DNA of 64,000 bases from Callorhinchus milii. Lineage: Eukaryota. The notes under the pieces are model-generated. The model was given only the letters and a program-made list of their open reading frames with translations. It was not told where the DNA came from and searched no databases. The position numbers and the translations under genes were made by a program. The stretch lies in contig NW_024704742.1 in NCBI RefSeq assembly GCF_018977255.1, positions 74,774,001 to 74,838,000 on the forward strand, given 5' to 3'. Below are positions 24,346 to 37,090 of this stretch, piece by piece; the stretch's first letter is position 1, and every line of letters starts with the position of its first letter.

Positions 24346-24635
24346 ACAACAACTTGCCCTTATGTAGCGCCCTCCATGCAGGGAAGTGTCTCAGAGAACT
24401 TGACAGTGGCAGAGCCTGACTCTGAGCCAGTGGGTGGAGGGAGGAGTGGGTCACAGATAGAATGTCGTTTGTGACTTTGACAAGCGCCGCTTCTGGGCAG
24501 TGCAAAAAGGAGACTGCAGGGGCTCGAGGCAGTGAAGGGAGAGGTGTGACCAACGTTGACCTGCAACATTGCGTATTCCAGGACTTTGGCAAGGAAGAGT
24601 AGGTTGGAAATGGGATAGTAGGTTGAGAGATTAGA
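24346..24635 (-). mobile_element. Internally deleted L2 (second tail type joined to RT N-terminal segment)
   Basis: YYPISNLLFLAKVLE and [12 protein letters not shown] directly abut the tail CTGAGACACTTCCCTGCATGGAGGGCGCTAC. Confidence 0.75.
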
Positions 24636-24939
24636 CTTATACTCATTTAGATCACCTTGACATCGATCTGTGTAAATATTAAACATTGATTATGTCTCCC
24701 AAAGGTTTATTTTATTGCTGAATTATTTGGTATTTGCAAGAACAAAGTTTGTTCGTATGAATTCTGAGTAATGTCCTTGCTCATCTGTAGGAGTAATCAG
24801 TTGGGATTTACATTGTCGATGGCTATTGATACATTGATATTAATGGATCATAAAATGTATTATGATGTGCCTTCCTTTGATTATCTCTTGAATACTCCTG
24901 AATGATTTCCCTTAGTAACACAATGACTTGTTCTTTACA

Positions 24940-25260
24940 GGAACAGATGAAAGGATCAAATCTTAGTGCAGGTGTCAAATCATGCTCAATATTACAGAAT
25001 TGCGAGTGCATTCAATCTACCTGGATCATAGTAGATCTGAGTGAGTTTTTGATGAGACTCATCTTCTCAGACTGTTACTGGTCGGGTTTAGATTGTATGT
25101 AGATCAACTGCCCCAGTTGGAAATGTTGATTCCACCAAATGATTCTATTTCATAATCTTAAGCAATTCTCTTGGGAGTTTTCTCACATTTAATATGTGAT
25201 ATGACATCCAGAAAGTGCACAAATTCATCAATATCGTCTACATCAAAACATTTTTTCAGT
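24940..25260 (-). mobile_element. hAT transposase fossil (C-terminal dimerisation domain)
   Basis: Frameshifted minus-strand reading ESTFP...KMSLIKNSLRSTMIQ/RLNALAIL/IEHDLTPALRFD resembles the hAT motif KLKLIKNYLRSTMSQERLNxLAILSIE. Confidence 0.75.
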
Positions 25261-25789
25261 ACCAATAAGATAAGCTCTATTGCTGTTAGACATGGATCCT
25301 GCTGCCCACATTGCCTCTTACCTCATATTACCTCCTGGAAGTATGACCCCTCTAACCTCCAGCTCGGCCCCTTTTGCTGTCACTCTCCGCACAGCCTCAT
25401 AGCGGAGCTATTTACACGGAACTAATGGATCCGAATAGCATGGTGTAGCAACGCCTATTGAATATGGCCACTCAGACAAAACAACAAATTACAGTTGTAT
25501 AGCACCCTTGATGTCGGAAAGATGTCCCAGGGCGCAAGCATCATCATGTAACAGATCTATTTGTTTGCAAACGCTGCCTGCCCTACAGCTGGTAACATTG
25601 TGTGCAATGCTGTGTACTTCATTATCAGCTGACTGTCAACCAAAGATACAACGATAATCCACGACTTGTAGTCAGAGAAAATTAGAAAAAATATAAAATG
25701 GAGTTAATATTTTGATTTCCTAAATTTGAAAGTATTCTCTTCACATTTGATTCATATGTCCTGATGACTTTTAGATCATAATCTAGGCT

Positions 25790-26445
25790 GACAACAACAA
25801 CAAATTACATTTTATAGAACCTTTCACATTGAGAGGATGTCCCAAGGTGCTGGACAGTGAAGGGTTTGCATCCAAGATGGGGTTTGGAATCAAACGGGGT
25901 GGAACAGCAATGGTGGCTAGGGTTAGGAGGATGGCTGAAGGCACATTCAAAGAGGAAGGTCTTCAGACAGGTCTTGAAGGAGGCAAGGGAGTGGGGCGAG
26001 GCAAAGTGACTCTGGGATGGAGTTCCGGATGGTTAGGGCAGAAAAAACGCCTGACTGCCAATGGTGGGGCAGGCAGGGCGGGGAACATGGAGCAGGCCAG
26101 AGCCCACCAAGCAGAGGCAGCAGATAGCTTCAGATTGGTGAGTACAGTGCAGAGGAGAATGCAATATTGGTGGAGATGCCTTCCTTCAGATGAGATGTCA
26201 AACCGAGGTCCCATCTGATCATGCTCAGATGGATGTTAAAGATCCCATGACACTATTTAAAAAGAGAAGGGAGTCTTTCTGGCATTCTGGTCAACAATCC
26301 CCCAAACAAAATGAATCATTTACCTCATGGCTGTTTTGGGGACATTGCTGTGTGTCTGATGTGTTCTAGAAATAGTCAATTACACTTTATGTGTATCCTG
26401 TGAAGACGTCCTCCTGGAAGTCCTGTATCAAATGCAAATATTTAT
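25790..26445. mobile_element. L2 3' fragment (-, 25790-26120) adjoining an older Deu-SINE body (+, ~26140-26445)
   Basis: Reverse L2 tail followed by CAGATGAGATGTCAAACCGAGGTCCCATCTG...GATGTTAAAGATCCCATGACACTATTT. Confidence 0.8.
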
Positions 26446-26799
26446 TTTATGCAATACATATTTTCAAATGTTTTACTGTTTCAGGATATTGCTTCCACCA
26501 CAGGATTAAAGATAAAAAATTATGATGTGGCAGCACCAATAATTCAGTATTAGGGTAACGTATTCTCGAGTACTAGAGGATTCTTATACAACTTGGGCAG
26601 TGGTACTGAACACTTAGACATCAACCCTGGGGTTTGATCCTCTGATTCACAATTATATAAAATGAGTAGTGCAAACTGATACAATTCAAGGCCATTATTT
26701 ACCACAATGTGTTTCATGATTAAATTATTATTTAAAATGCTGTGTGATATTTGCTTATTTAAAGTCACTGCATGGAATAGCAATGGATGTGCAGTAACA

Positions 26800-28346
26800 A
26801 ATGAAAGTTGAAAAGATCTAACTTTAATTTCATATTTTACAAATAACTTTCAGGCAATAACTTTAAATAAATCAGACAGAGATGCTGACATTTCCATTGT
26901 CAAATTAGATGACTTATATACAAAATAAAACTAATGCATGATGTCTGCACCGTGCATCAACTTTTTCATCAAACATTTCAAACAGCATTTGCCTTCCCCA
27001 ATTCATAAGTATGTAAAAGGAATGACGTGCGAATACTCAAGTGTGTCCTCATTGTATTGCATTACTTTCAAAGTGCTCGGCACAATGTGTGCATATTCTT
27101 CACTAGTTTTACCAGTAAGATCCTATTAGGTTAATCAAACAGTGATTTACTATATTGACAGGTCATAAAATAAGAAACGTGATTGCACATACAAATGACC
27201 CCTCCAGAGGCATTAAATCTACAGAATTCATTTTATACAAGTTGAAATCAAAATTACACAGATTGAATGCTGCCACTTTAAGGAAGAAATCCCTTAACAC
27301 ATAGCATTGCAACACAAAGCGATTGCCTTACATTGGGGCAGAGATTTTAAAATAATAAAAGCACTGAGTGGAGTGACTTCTATGGACCTTTAAACAAAGA
27401 TATACTGATCAATTAAGTATTTCTACACTTTGAACCCACCATCCTCTGGATCCTGAAAAAAGGATTGACATTATATTTTGTTCTTTCAAAATAAAGTGAG
27501 AGCATAAAAANCATGATGTGTAAGGAACAAAAGATTGACCATTCATCAAAACTAATGATCACATCTATCCACTGACTATACAGTACAGACAAAGTCCTAT
27601 TGAGAAAAAATACCTTAAAAAATTGTGCTTTAACGCCACATTGTTTTGCATTTCAAATCACCCCTCTCTGGCACAATAAGGTGCAATTTTTGCAGCTGGC
27701 TTCTCCAGTGCTGTGGTTGACTTCTCTTTGATTTTACAACGCTAGTTGGACACCACAAGGGGTGCCTATAAAGAGCTGACCTTATCCAACATGGATTACA
27801 CCCAAACCATCAGCTTCTAACTCCAAATAAGCTTGTCTGCAGTTTTAGTATTGCTCTGTCAAGCAGGAACAGCACTTCACTAGTTTTGAAGAAAACCTGG
27901 CTTTGACAAGTTTATTTTCTGTATGTGAAATCTAGTGTTTCCAATACAAAGCTGGTAGAATCAGGCAAGGCCATTAGCAAATATTTATTGTAACACTTCA
28001 CTGTGAATGTAATATGAGGGCTTAAAGTGGCAACCTGTTCACAAAGGAGGAATCCATGGATCAATCAGTGGCTGTAAACACTGAGGTAAATGCAATGGCT
28101 CTTCCAGCCGATTATTAAAGCTCCAAATGTTCTCTACTGTAGAACTAATAGTCAGACTTGCAGAAGAGCCTTCCAAATTATTATGCTTGAGAGATGAGGT
28201 ATGAAACTCAGCAATTTTCTACATTAGTTTTCCAAGCTGAATGTTTGTTTCTTATTGCTTCTTTAATCTCGGAGTTTCAGAGTGAAAACTACTTTACTTG
28301 GAAATGAATCGTACACATTTTAAACACGTTTATTGATGCTTCTCTG
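26800..28346 (-). other. DUSP4: Probable DUSP4 3'UTR
   Basis: Repeat-free AT-rich tract. On the minus strand: TGTATATA (26915-26922), ATTTATTTA ARE (26864-26872) and ATTAAA (26823-26828). Confidence 0.55.
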
Positions 28347-28732
28347 TTAATAGGTTGGTGAGGTTGTGATTGGACTAGGTAAGTAACCAAGGGTGCTTGG
28401 TGTTGAATGGACTCCGACAGACATGGGGAAGCTGAAGACAAATTGAGAGGTGGGAGTTGATGAAGATTTACTTGGGTCTCTCAAGCCCCCTAACGGGCTG
28501 ATAGCTTCAACAGCACACGAGGAGGTCAGGATCTGAGACTCGAACTGCAAGAGCTGTCCCATGAAGCTGAAATTGGGGGAAATGATACTTCGTCGCTGTT
28601 TGACAAACTCAAATGCTTCGTCCAATCGCACCCGCTTAGTCATCATTAAATACGCAAGGCAGATTGTGGCAGATCGTGAAATTCCAGCATGGCAGTGCAC
28701 AAGGACTCTTCCATTAACTTTCTTCACAGAAT
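28347..28732 (-). CDS. DUSP4: DUSP4 exon 4 coding part, HCxxGxxR active site and C-terminal tail
   Basis: DSVKKVNGRVLVHCHAGISRSATICLAYLMM...PTSQFVFSFPMSVGVHS...SPITTSPTY*. The four exons total 1110 nt (369 aa + stop). Confidence 0.96.
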
Positions 28733-29649
28733 CTGTAAATAAAAATAGTAAACTGTGCGTGAGATAAAGAGGGAACTCATCACAATAAGGATTGCAGTCT
28801 TAGAACATTCCTTTAATTCATATTTTCGTCTGAATTATCATCATATTTAAAACAGGTAAGAATACAAATGAATCGGGCCGGGCGTTTTGTCCAATTTACC
28901 TGGCGTCCGGGTTAACCGGTGTCCGGCAAAAGCAGATTCCACTGTGTATTAAAACATCCCATTTATTAACCTCAAACTTTTTTTTTGAAGGCATTGACTT
29001 TTGATGAGCTGCAGTTCTTGGAATTTGCCAACCTCCACTACGCCTCAAGTATGTTCTTATATTACTTTGTAATTGAAATCTGAGGGAAATGGTTCCCTCC
29101 CATAACAAAGCCTAAGGTTATACACAAATGTTAGATATTGGGAGGGGAAGAAATTCTCTTAAATCAGATGTTTGCAATGTGTTGGATTTTCTAAATATTT
29201 TTACACAAAATTGTATACAATGCTTCAGCTCCCTCTGCTGGCCACAGTTACAAGAATGGCACCAGCAAAATGACACTAAAGCAAAATCAGCATTAGCTTT
29301 ATCATATTAAACATGTATTAGTAGATTCTAGAGCACATTTTACACACTGTTAACTCCAATGGAGGAGCTCACACCAGCTCCTGTGCTATACCTTCTGGGC
29401 ATCTATAATTCACACTTGCCATTGCTAATATCTCCTTCTCACTAGTAAGAAAACCCAATTACAAATATAACAACAACTCGCATTGATATAACGCCTTTCA
29501 GGTGGGGCAGTGTCTTCGAGAGCTGAAATAGCTCCAAAGTACCAGTTGTTCAAGCAGTACTAAGATAACCACTTGGAAAGACGTGGGATGCTGGAATTAA
29601 GGCATTTGGTTTTTTTCTGTGGGAATATAGTACTGCAAACGTGTCTTAC

Positions 29650-29869
29650 CTATGTATTCTATTGCTTCCATGAACCACAAACTAATGTCTGCTTTATGGT
29701 TGTCCTCCACTGGAATACATTTATACTGGTAATGATCCTCAAAATGGTTCGGACAGTCAGAGGAGACATTCAGAAGAGCTGTAATCCCCAGAGCATCTAA
29801 TGTGTCTTTTTTGGATGCATGATACGCACTTCCAAGATAGAGAAAATGAAGGATTTCCACAGGGATCCC
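29650..29869 (-). CDS. DUSP4: DUSP4 exon 3, phosphatase domain with general-acid Asp
   Basis: GIPVEILHFLYLGSAYHASKKDTLDALGITALLNVSSDCPNHFEDHYQYKCIPVEDNHKADISLWFMEAIEYI; 220 nt; GTAAG donor. Confidence 0.96.
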
Positions 29870-31232
29870 CTAATGATCAAAAATGTACAGGAATCAGTAC
29901 AGCATGAGACGCAATAACAGGAAGATTATTATCTCTAAACGTGATATCAAGAGATTACATTAGAGGCAGACTGCAGCTGAATGAATACAGAGACAAATTC
30001 TGCTTCTCCTGTCTATAATCCTGGAGCCTCTGATAACAACTGGATCCTGACTGAGGCCAGGAGTTGAATATTTTCGGTATTTAATGCTTACACATCACAG
30101 TTCATCTTTACTCAATGAAAGTGCCTGCAAGCATTGACAATTGCAATCAACACTACTTTTTAAAAGAAAATCAACTTTCTTTCCTTATTTAGTTCCTCCA
30201 TGCCACTCACCCTTCCTGCCCAAAAAGCCAAGCAGAAAACCTACCCGGAGTCCACTATCAATCCTACTTTTCAGCCAGATGTTGGTAGATCCCCAGGTGA
30301 GTCTGCCAGCAGCACAATATCGTCTGCGAACATTTAATTGGCAACATGTTTTGACAAAGATTTCCACACATCCAATTATTGTTTGCGAGTATTAAAAGCA
30401 GCCTCCCTGAGCTTAATCACAGGATTGTGCCTGAGCTCAGATCAGCTCAGGTCAGTATCCCGATGATAAGTTCTGAGCAGGTGTCAGCCTGCCTCAGTTG
30501 TAGCACTCTCACCTCTACTTTAAATTAAATTTTGTGAAATGCTTTGACACTTTAAGATGCTATATCAAATGCAAGGATTATTATAAGCTTGGAAAGACTG
30601 TTTTCGTGTTTGAAAATGATCATAGGAGGGATGGATTTCAGCCAACCAGAGATTTACAGCCAGATTTGTGCCAACAATTATTCAGAAAATGTGGGGGTGG
30701 GAAGGAGTTCAAAACAAATTTTAATCTTTTTCTGTAAATAAGGAACATAATTCATTTAGCAACACCACAAATTGTGACCTTCTTAGTTCTAGTGGTTTGT
30801 TACATAAAACATCTGGAAAGGCATCATTGCATTATCAAAGCTTCATGTTAAGTCACAAGACCCTAAAAACATAACTTTGAACAGGCAAACAACACTACAC
30901 CTGCCAGCCAGCTGATGAGTGCAATTTCACAGCAGTTTTTTTTAAACACAAAATTAACAGAGTGCTACAGCATGGAAACTGACCATTTGGCCAAACCAGA
31001 CTTGCCATGTGCTCCGAGATGCAAGTTGTTGTTGTTTATCTTCCTCTCTGGCTCCTACCCCTCTGAATCCTCTCTCACATAACCCTCTATTGCCGTCTCA
31101 CTTATGGGTACATCACGTTTCCTGCTTAATAAGTTGATGCTTTCTACTTATTTATGAGACTTCAGCATTTGTCTCCAACTTTACTGTGTGAATATAGTAG
31201 GATGCGCGAATGTTATAAGAAGCTGCCTCTAC

Positions 31233-31369
31233 CTGGTCATGAAGAGGCGTGCTGCAGAAACTCCAACTCAACTCAGGTGACTCTGGTTTGGAGGGCGAGA
31301 GAACTCCAGGTGGACATTTTGTCTTTACACAGAATTCAGGATATTCGGAAGAAAATGTTTCAAATCCTC
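31233..31369 (-). CDS. DUSP4: DUSP4 exon 2
   Basis: (G)GFETFSSEYPEFCVKTK...STPLHDQ; ttacAG acceptor and GTAGAG donor; phases match the neighbouring exons. Confidence 0.94.
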
Positions 31370-31459
31370 CTGTAACAGTAAATGGGAAAAAAAACTTCTT
31401 AATGCACACCTTCTTATACACCTCTAGATAATCAATTATCCCATTTGGTATTTCACCTT

Positions 31460-31730
31460 TCACATCACGAGAACGTCTCAAAGTGATTCACAGGATATAC
31501 TGTAAAGTGCAATGACCTTGTTCCACAAACAGCCATGAAGGGATTGACCAATTTTATTTGGAGGTGTTGTTGGTTAGGAAACCGGGAGAATCTCGCTTCT
31601 CTTTTCAAATAGTGCCATGGGATCTTTAATATCCACTTGATGGCACCTCCAACATTGCAACACACTTGAGGCTTGAACCTACAACCTTCTGACTTAAAGG
31701 TGAGGGTGCTATGACCTGGGCCAGACTGAC
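31460..31730 (-). mobile_element. Older Deu-SINE
   Basis: AAATAGTGCCATGGGATCTTTAATATCCAC and CTTGAACCTACAACCTTCTGACT (reverse Deu core and head). Confidence 0.78.
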
Positions 31731-31954
31731 ACATCATATGCCTCCTTAATATACACATCCTTAACACAGTTTAAATACCTCCTTAATACACATCTTACTC
31801 ACACACCTTTGTGAGAGAATAGGCCTTTTCCATGAACGGATTCATGTTCTCACTCTACAGAAAACGTGTGGGATGGTGAGTGATTTTTGTCTGCGTTTTA
31901 CTGGATACCAGGTAGTTAAGAGGCCTATAGACCCAAAGACCCAAAGACAAATGG

Positions 31955-32478
31955 TCATTCAAAATTCTGCAGCTCGTGTACTGTCCCGCACCAGGCTTCA
32001 GGACCACATCAATCCCACCCTCGCTCGCCTCCACTGGCTCCCCATCCCCCAGAGGATCGATTTCAAGATCCTCATCCTCACCTACAAAGGCCATTCACGG
32101 CTTTGCTCCCTCCTACCTCTCCGACCTACTATCCCCCAACCTACCTGCCCGTACCCTCCGTTCCTCTGGCTCTGGTCTCCACATCCCCCGCCCCAACATC
32201 GGTGGTCGGCCCTTCAGCCTCTCAGCCCCGAGGCTCTGGAACTCTATCCCCCAGTGCCTTCGCCGTCTCCTCCCTTTCCTCCTTCAAGGCCAGTCTCAAG
32301 ACCTTTCTCTTTGACCATGCCTTCAGCTCCCCTCTCGACTCTCTACCCCCTCCTCGCTCCCTCCCCTCACCCTGACCATTTCCCCCCTGCTCGGGTCCTG
32401 ACCCAACTGTACAGCGCCTTGGGACGTCTTCCCGACGTGAAAGGCGCTCTATAAATGGAATCTTGTTGTTGTTGTTGT
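31955..32478 (+). mobile_element. Young L2 3' fragment
   Basis: IQNSAARVLSRTRLQDHINPTLARLHWLPIPQRIDFKILILTYK; tail stem-loop and (TTG)n. Confidence 0.93.
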
Positions 32479-33924
32479 CCACGTGGTGTGGTTCTGATTA
32501 GTGACCAGGACTTGCTGGCAGGGGAAGTCAGAGTGTGCTCAGCTATCCTTGTCTGGGATCTACGCCCTGGCTTGTGGGATCAATATATTTCTCAGAAGCT
32601 GCACTGTACCGAGCGCTGAGGAATCATTAACACAGTAACAGTAAATAGGAACTTGGGTACTCTTCGATCCATGCTAATATATTGCCTTTAATTCCATGGG
32701 CCCTAATCTTGTGTTGCAGCCTTTTATGTGGCACCTTGTCTAATGCCTTCTGAAAATTTAAATACACTATATCTACTGGTTCCGCCTATCTAACCTGCTA
32801 GTTACATCCTCAAAGAACGCTAAAAGAATTGACACATCTGATGAGTCACTTCCTTATAATAATATAACTCATGATGAAATAAGTTTACAGTTAAATTGTA
32901 ACCAATTAACCACTATTTCCATATCCATAAAGGGGCTGGTCCAGATATCAGGCTCTCTTGTATTATTAACTGTGACTGACAATAAACATTGATGTTATTT
33001 AGTTTTCAGATTGCATTTGGCCACTGAAGAGTACAAATACATGCTTCTCTGTTCCAATGTAGTGCTTTCATTTTGAACAGCTACAAGGCAGCTTACTTAT
33101 TCATCTGATTTTTTTTGTATGTGAAGTGCTTTTTTCCTCTCCTGTAATAGCAATATACAATTAAACTTTGAGCTGAATAATATGCTTTTTTTCATTTTAT
33201 TTCTCTATACAACTATTACATACCCTGTCACGGTTATACAGGGGCTTTCCTGTTTGTACATTGGTTTATTTTAAGCTCAAATTTTGCATTCAGAGCATTC
33301 AAATTGTGATCCTGCAAATGCAAATCTGAAGTCATAACTATGAGTTCATCCCAAGGTTCAATTATCAAAACTAAATTTTAAATAAAGGAAGTTGGGGTGG
33401 GGAAGGAAATCTAGCAACCAAGCTCATTACAATCCCGAGAACTTGTAAGCAAATTAATCAGCCAGAACTTGTTCAACCTTCAAAGTTGAATGGAAATATG
33501 ACTCAATATATATGACAGATACATGGTTAAAAAGGGAGGGTCAACACATTTTAATAAGTAGGTTACAGAACATCAATAGAGGACATAGAAAGTAAGGCAT
33601 AGGACAAATTGGGGAGGGCATGTGTTATTAGTCAGAGAAGATCTGATGATCATTTAAAGGACAGACATATCTTCAGAGGGAAGATGTCAGAATAAATATG
33701 GGTTTAAATCTGTGACAGGAAGCACAGGAAATATAGGAAACTAAGAACAGTGACTGACTATTATATCTGCAGGGCAGAGATTAAACCAACAAGGACTTAT
33801 TTGAGCAGATTAAAAGGATTGAACAGAATGTACATACTAATGGTTGGTGACTATAATTCTACTGAAATAGGTTTTACATAAAAAGGGGGAAACTTTCAAA
33901 AGAATAATGAGAATGTGAGTACGG

Positions 33925-35310
33925 GAAGCCTTATAGCAGCTGGAAGAGAGAGGATCAGGGAAGAGAATCAAGACAACCTGAAGTTGTATGAAGAAGACAG
34001 AAGTTGTGAGAGTCTGTGAAAAGCTTACAAAAGTAGAGAGAAGAGAGAGTGTGAAGGGAGCTTGACAGAAAACATATGAGGCTCAAATCAAGAAGAGCCT
34101 CGGAAAAGCTAGGTTAAAAGAGGGAGAGAAAAGAAATGGGATCAGGCTGATTGTATTGTGCGCTTTCAAGCAGTGGGAAATTGCACAATGTGCAAGAAAT
34201 TATGTATTGTGGCTAGGACACCCCCTCTACTATAATAGTGGGGTACGTGTGCAACAACACGGAGTGATGCCATGGTGTTCTGACAATCCTGAGGTCAAGA
34301 CATTTTTGTGTTTGTGGTTCAAATTAAAAAAAGAAAAACAAAGATGTTTAATGACAGGAATTCATTTTCCTTGATTTAGAGAATATTAGAAAACCTGAAG
34401 AATAGCGAATTGTGACAATTAAAATCTAAAACCAACAAGCCTCACTATTACATCCTTCTGATGAGATATTAAACAAGGTCTCTCTGTCCAAGTGGATATC
34501 TCATGGCACTGTTCAAAAGGAGAAGGGATTGACCTGGCCAACAATCTCCCAAATAAAATTGATCATTCACTCCATGGCTGTGAGATACTGCTGAGCACAA
34601 ATTTGCTGCCACATTCACCCAAAAAATACGCAGTCACTGCACTAATCCTATGAAGCACTTGTGATATCTCAATGATGTGATAAGATGCTAAATCAAATGC
34701 AAGGATTATTACTAGCTCATGAGGCATGTTGATACAATCAGATCCTATTATAACATGAAATCAGACCCTGCATTATAATGAAGTGCTGTATGCTGTAAAA
34801 ATGGCACTTCTGGGCCATCAGGTCATCAACGATGTCACTTCCTTTGTGTTATACAACTGCACTTGCGAGTGATACAGTTGCTGTGTAGCACAAGCTATTA
34901 GGAGACCTTGTGGGTCTGTACACGTTGCACAGGAATCTAGACAATCTGCAGCAGAAGCCAGAAATGCACTACTATAAACAGACCTACATCATTGTATGTA
35001 ACATGTAACATAATGAGGTCCGTCCTTATAAGATAAACTAATGCAAATTCGCAAGAGCATAAGAACAGGAAGCCTTGTAGGAGCTAGGGAGGGAGGATCA
35101 GGGACGACAGTCAAGACAACCTGAAGTTGTGTGAAGAAGACAGAAGCTGTGAGAGTCTATGAAAAGCTCAGCAAAGTAGGAGGAAGGCAGAGTGTGAAGG
35201 GATTAGGCAGCTTGAGTTGTGAGGCAAAGAAACTGGCAACACAGCTCAAATAAAGAAGAGCCTCAGAAAAGCTAGGTAAAAAAGGGAGAATAAAGAGGTG
35301 AATCAGGCTG
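33925..35310 (+). repeat. Diverged ~225 bp direct repeat pair (33925-34150 and 35068-35310)
   Basis: Shared blocks TCAAGACAACCTGAAGTTGT.TGAAGAAGACAGAAG and AAGAAGAGCCTC.GAAAAGCTAGGT. Confidence 0.88.
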
Positions 35311-36599
35311 AGAGAACCTCAATGAGGTACAGAGCAGCAAGACTTTGAGAGCTCTTAGTAGGTGATAGAAAGCTGGAAGAATCTGATAAAACCCCAACAA
35401 AAACAAAAGCTTAGTTTAGTTCAAGAAATGAAAATGTGAGGAAGGAGAGAGAGATGATGTAGGCAGTCTGTGACAAGCAAGGAGAATGTGTGGAGAAGTA
35501 AAGTAAGAAAAACATAGCAGGTTCATTTGATGGCTCAACTGACAAAACAAATATGTGTTGAGAAGCCAAGTCATACAGACCAGCAAACTCCCGAGTACTC
35601 CTCTCCAGATAGACAACCATCAGGAAAGATTCTGGCTTTTTTCATGCATGTTGGCAACTTTCTGAAAAATAAGCTATTCATTTAACAAATATCTGAAATT
35701 CGATGGCAAAATGGAAAATACAGTTCATACCAACTCCCCATTTGGTAAATATCACAAATCCATCCCCAATATGGAGAATTTAGCACCAATTTGGTTACTC
35801 TGGGCAAATGTTTACTGTTGGTAATTTTACAATCAAATTATTGCCAGAGGAGACATTACAGTCAGGCTGTAAGGAGGATTTAGTATGTAAGTTTAACATA
35901 GTAGTACTTTAAATAGAATTATCAATTATTCAAATTACTGGAGACAATGCTAATTAGCTTAACAGCAACAAAACATTGCATTTATATAGTGCCTTTCAGG
36001 TTGGAGGACAACCCAAGGAATTCCAGAGGGTGGGGGCAGAAAGGCTGAAAGCCCGACCGCTGATGGTGGCACGGGCAGGGTACATGGAGCAGGGCAGGTG
36101 ACGTGGAGCAGGCCAGTGCCTGTCGAGGTTAAGGAGCAGACAGATTGACAAGGTAGTTTGGATGTTTTAAAAAGACGTCCGAGATCAGTGCTGTCGTAAA
36201 AAGATGTATAAAATATTTTCACAGCGCTAATAGGGACCAGTGAGAAGAAGCCAATACACAACAATATCATTATAGCAGCTTTCACTTTGGGAGGATGGCT
36301 CAAACTGCTTGACAATGCCGAGTGGTCACCCGAGCTGAGGAGCCAGGAGAGGGGAGGGGAATGATAACCAAAAGCATGGTCAAAGTATGTTCTGAGAGGG
36401 GATAGGAGATAAGATATATCAAAGTTATATAAAACACTAAAATCAGATTTCTCCTAGTTTCTTGGCCAAAATCCCCCAAACAAAATTAATCATTTCATGG
36501 GACAAACACATAGTCTGTACATTCACAACAAAACTTTGAGATGTCTCAATGATATGATAAGGGGCTATATTAAATGTCTGCCTATATTTATAAAATCAC

Positions 36600-37090
36600 A
36601 AGACAGATTTGGATAATGAAAATTCTTTAGTCCATCTGATCTCATCCTTCCAGAATATCCACCATCCTATCAGAGCTGCTTTTTAAATGAGTCCACTGTC
36701 CTGGCCTCAACCAGCCCTGGTAGCCTGTTCCAGTCGTTAATTAGCCTCTGAGTGAAGAGATATGGGGAAATATTTACTATCAAATATTTCACATCTAAAA
36801 CATTTCTCAAGAGGAAAGAATTACTTCCTGGTTCTCCATTTTGAGGACCAGGAACAATATTTCCTGGTATCTGTCCTGAAATTGTCTTTTGCATCTCTAA
36901 ACCTGTGCCCTCTGGTTGTGCTGCATTAATGCATCTAAAAGTATCATTCTGGATTTACTTTCTTAATTGCATTGATAATTTTACATATCTTCATAAGGTT
37001 CCCTCAGAGACATCTCTTTTCAAAACTGAAGAGCCCCAATTTATCTACTTGTTGTTCATAGCTCATTCCTTTCACTTCAGAGGTGACTGG
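36600..37090 (-). mobile_element. Old CR1 3' fragment
   Basis: LFTQRLINDWNRLPGLVEARTVDSFKKQL on minus. Confidence 0.75.

Noticed and set aside
27511..27511. Ambiguous base n (also at 53023)
   Set aside because: Assembly ambiguity, not a biological feature.
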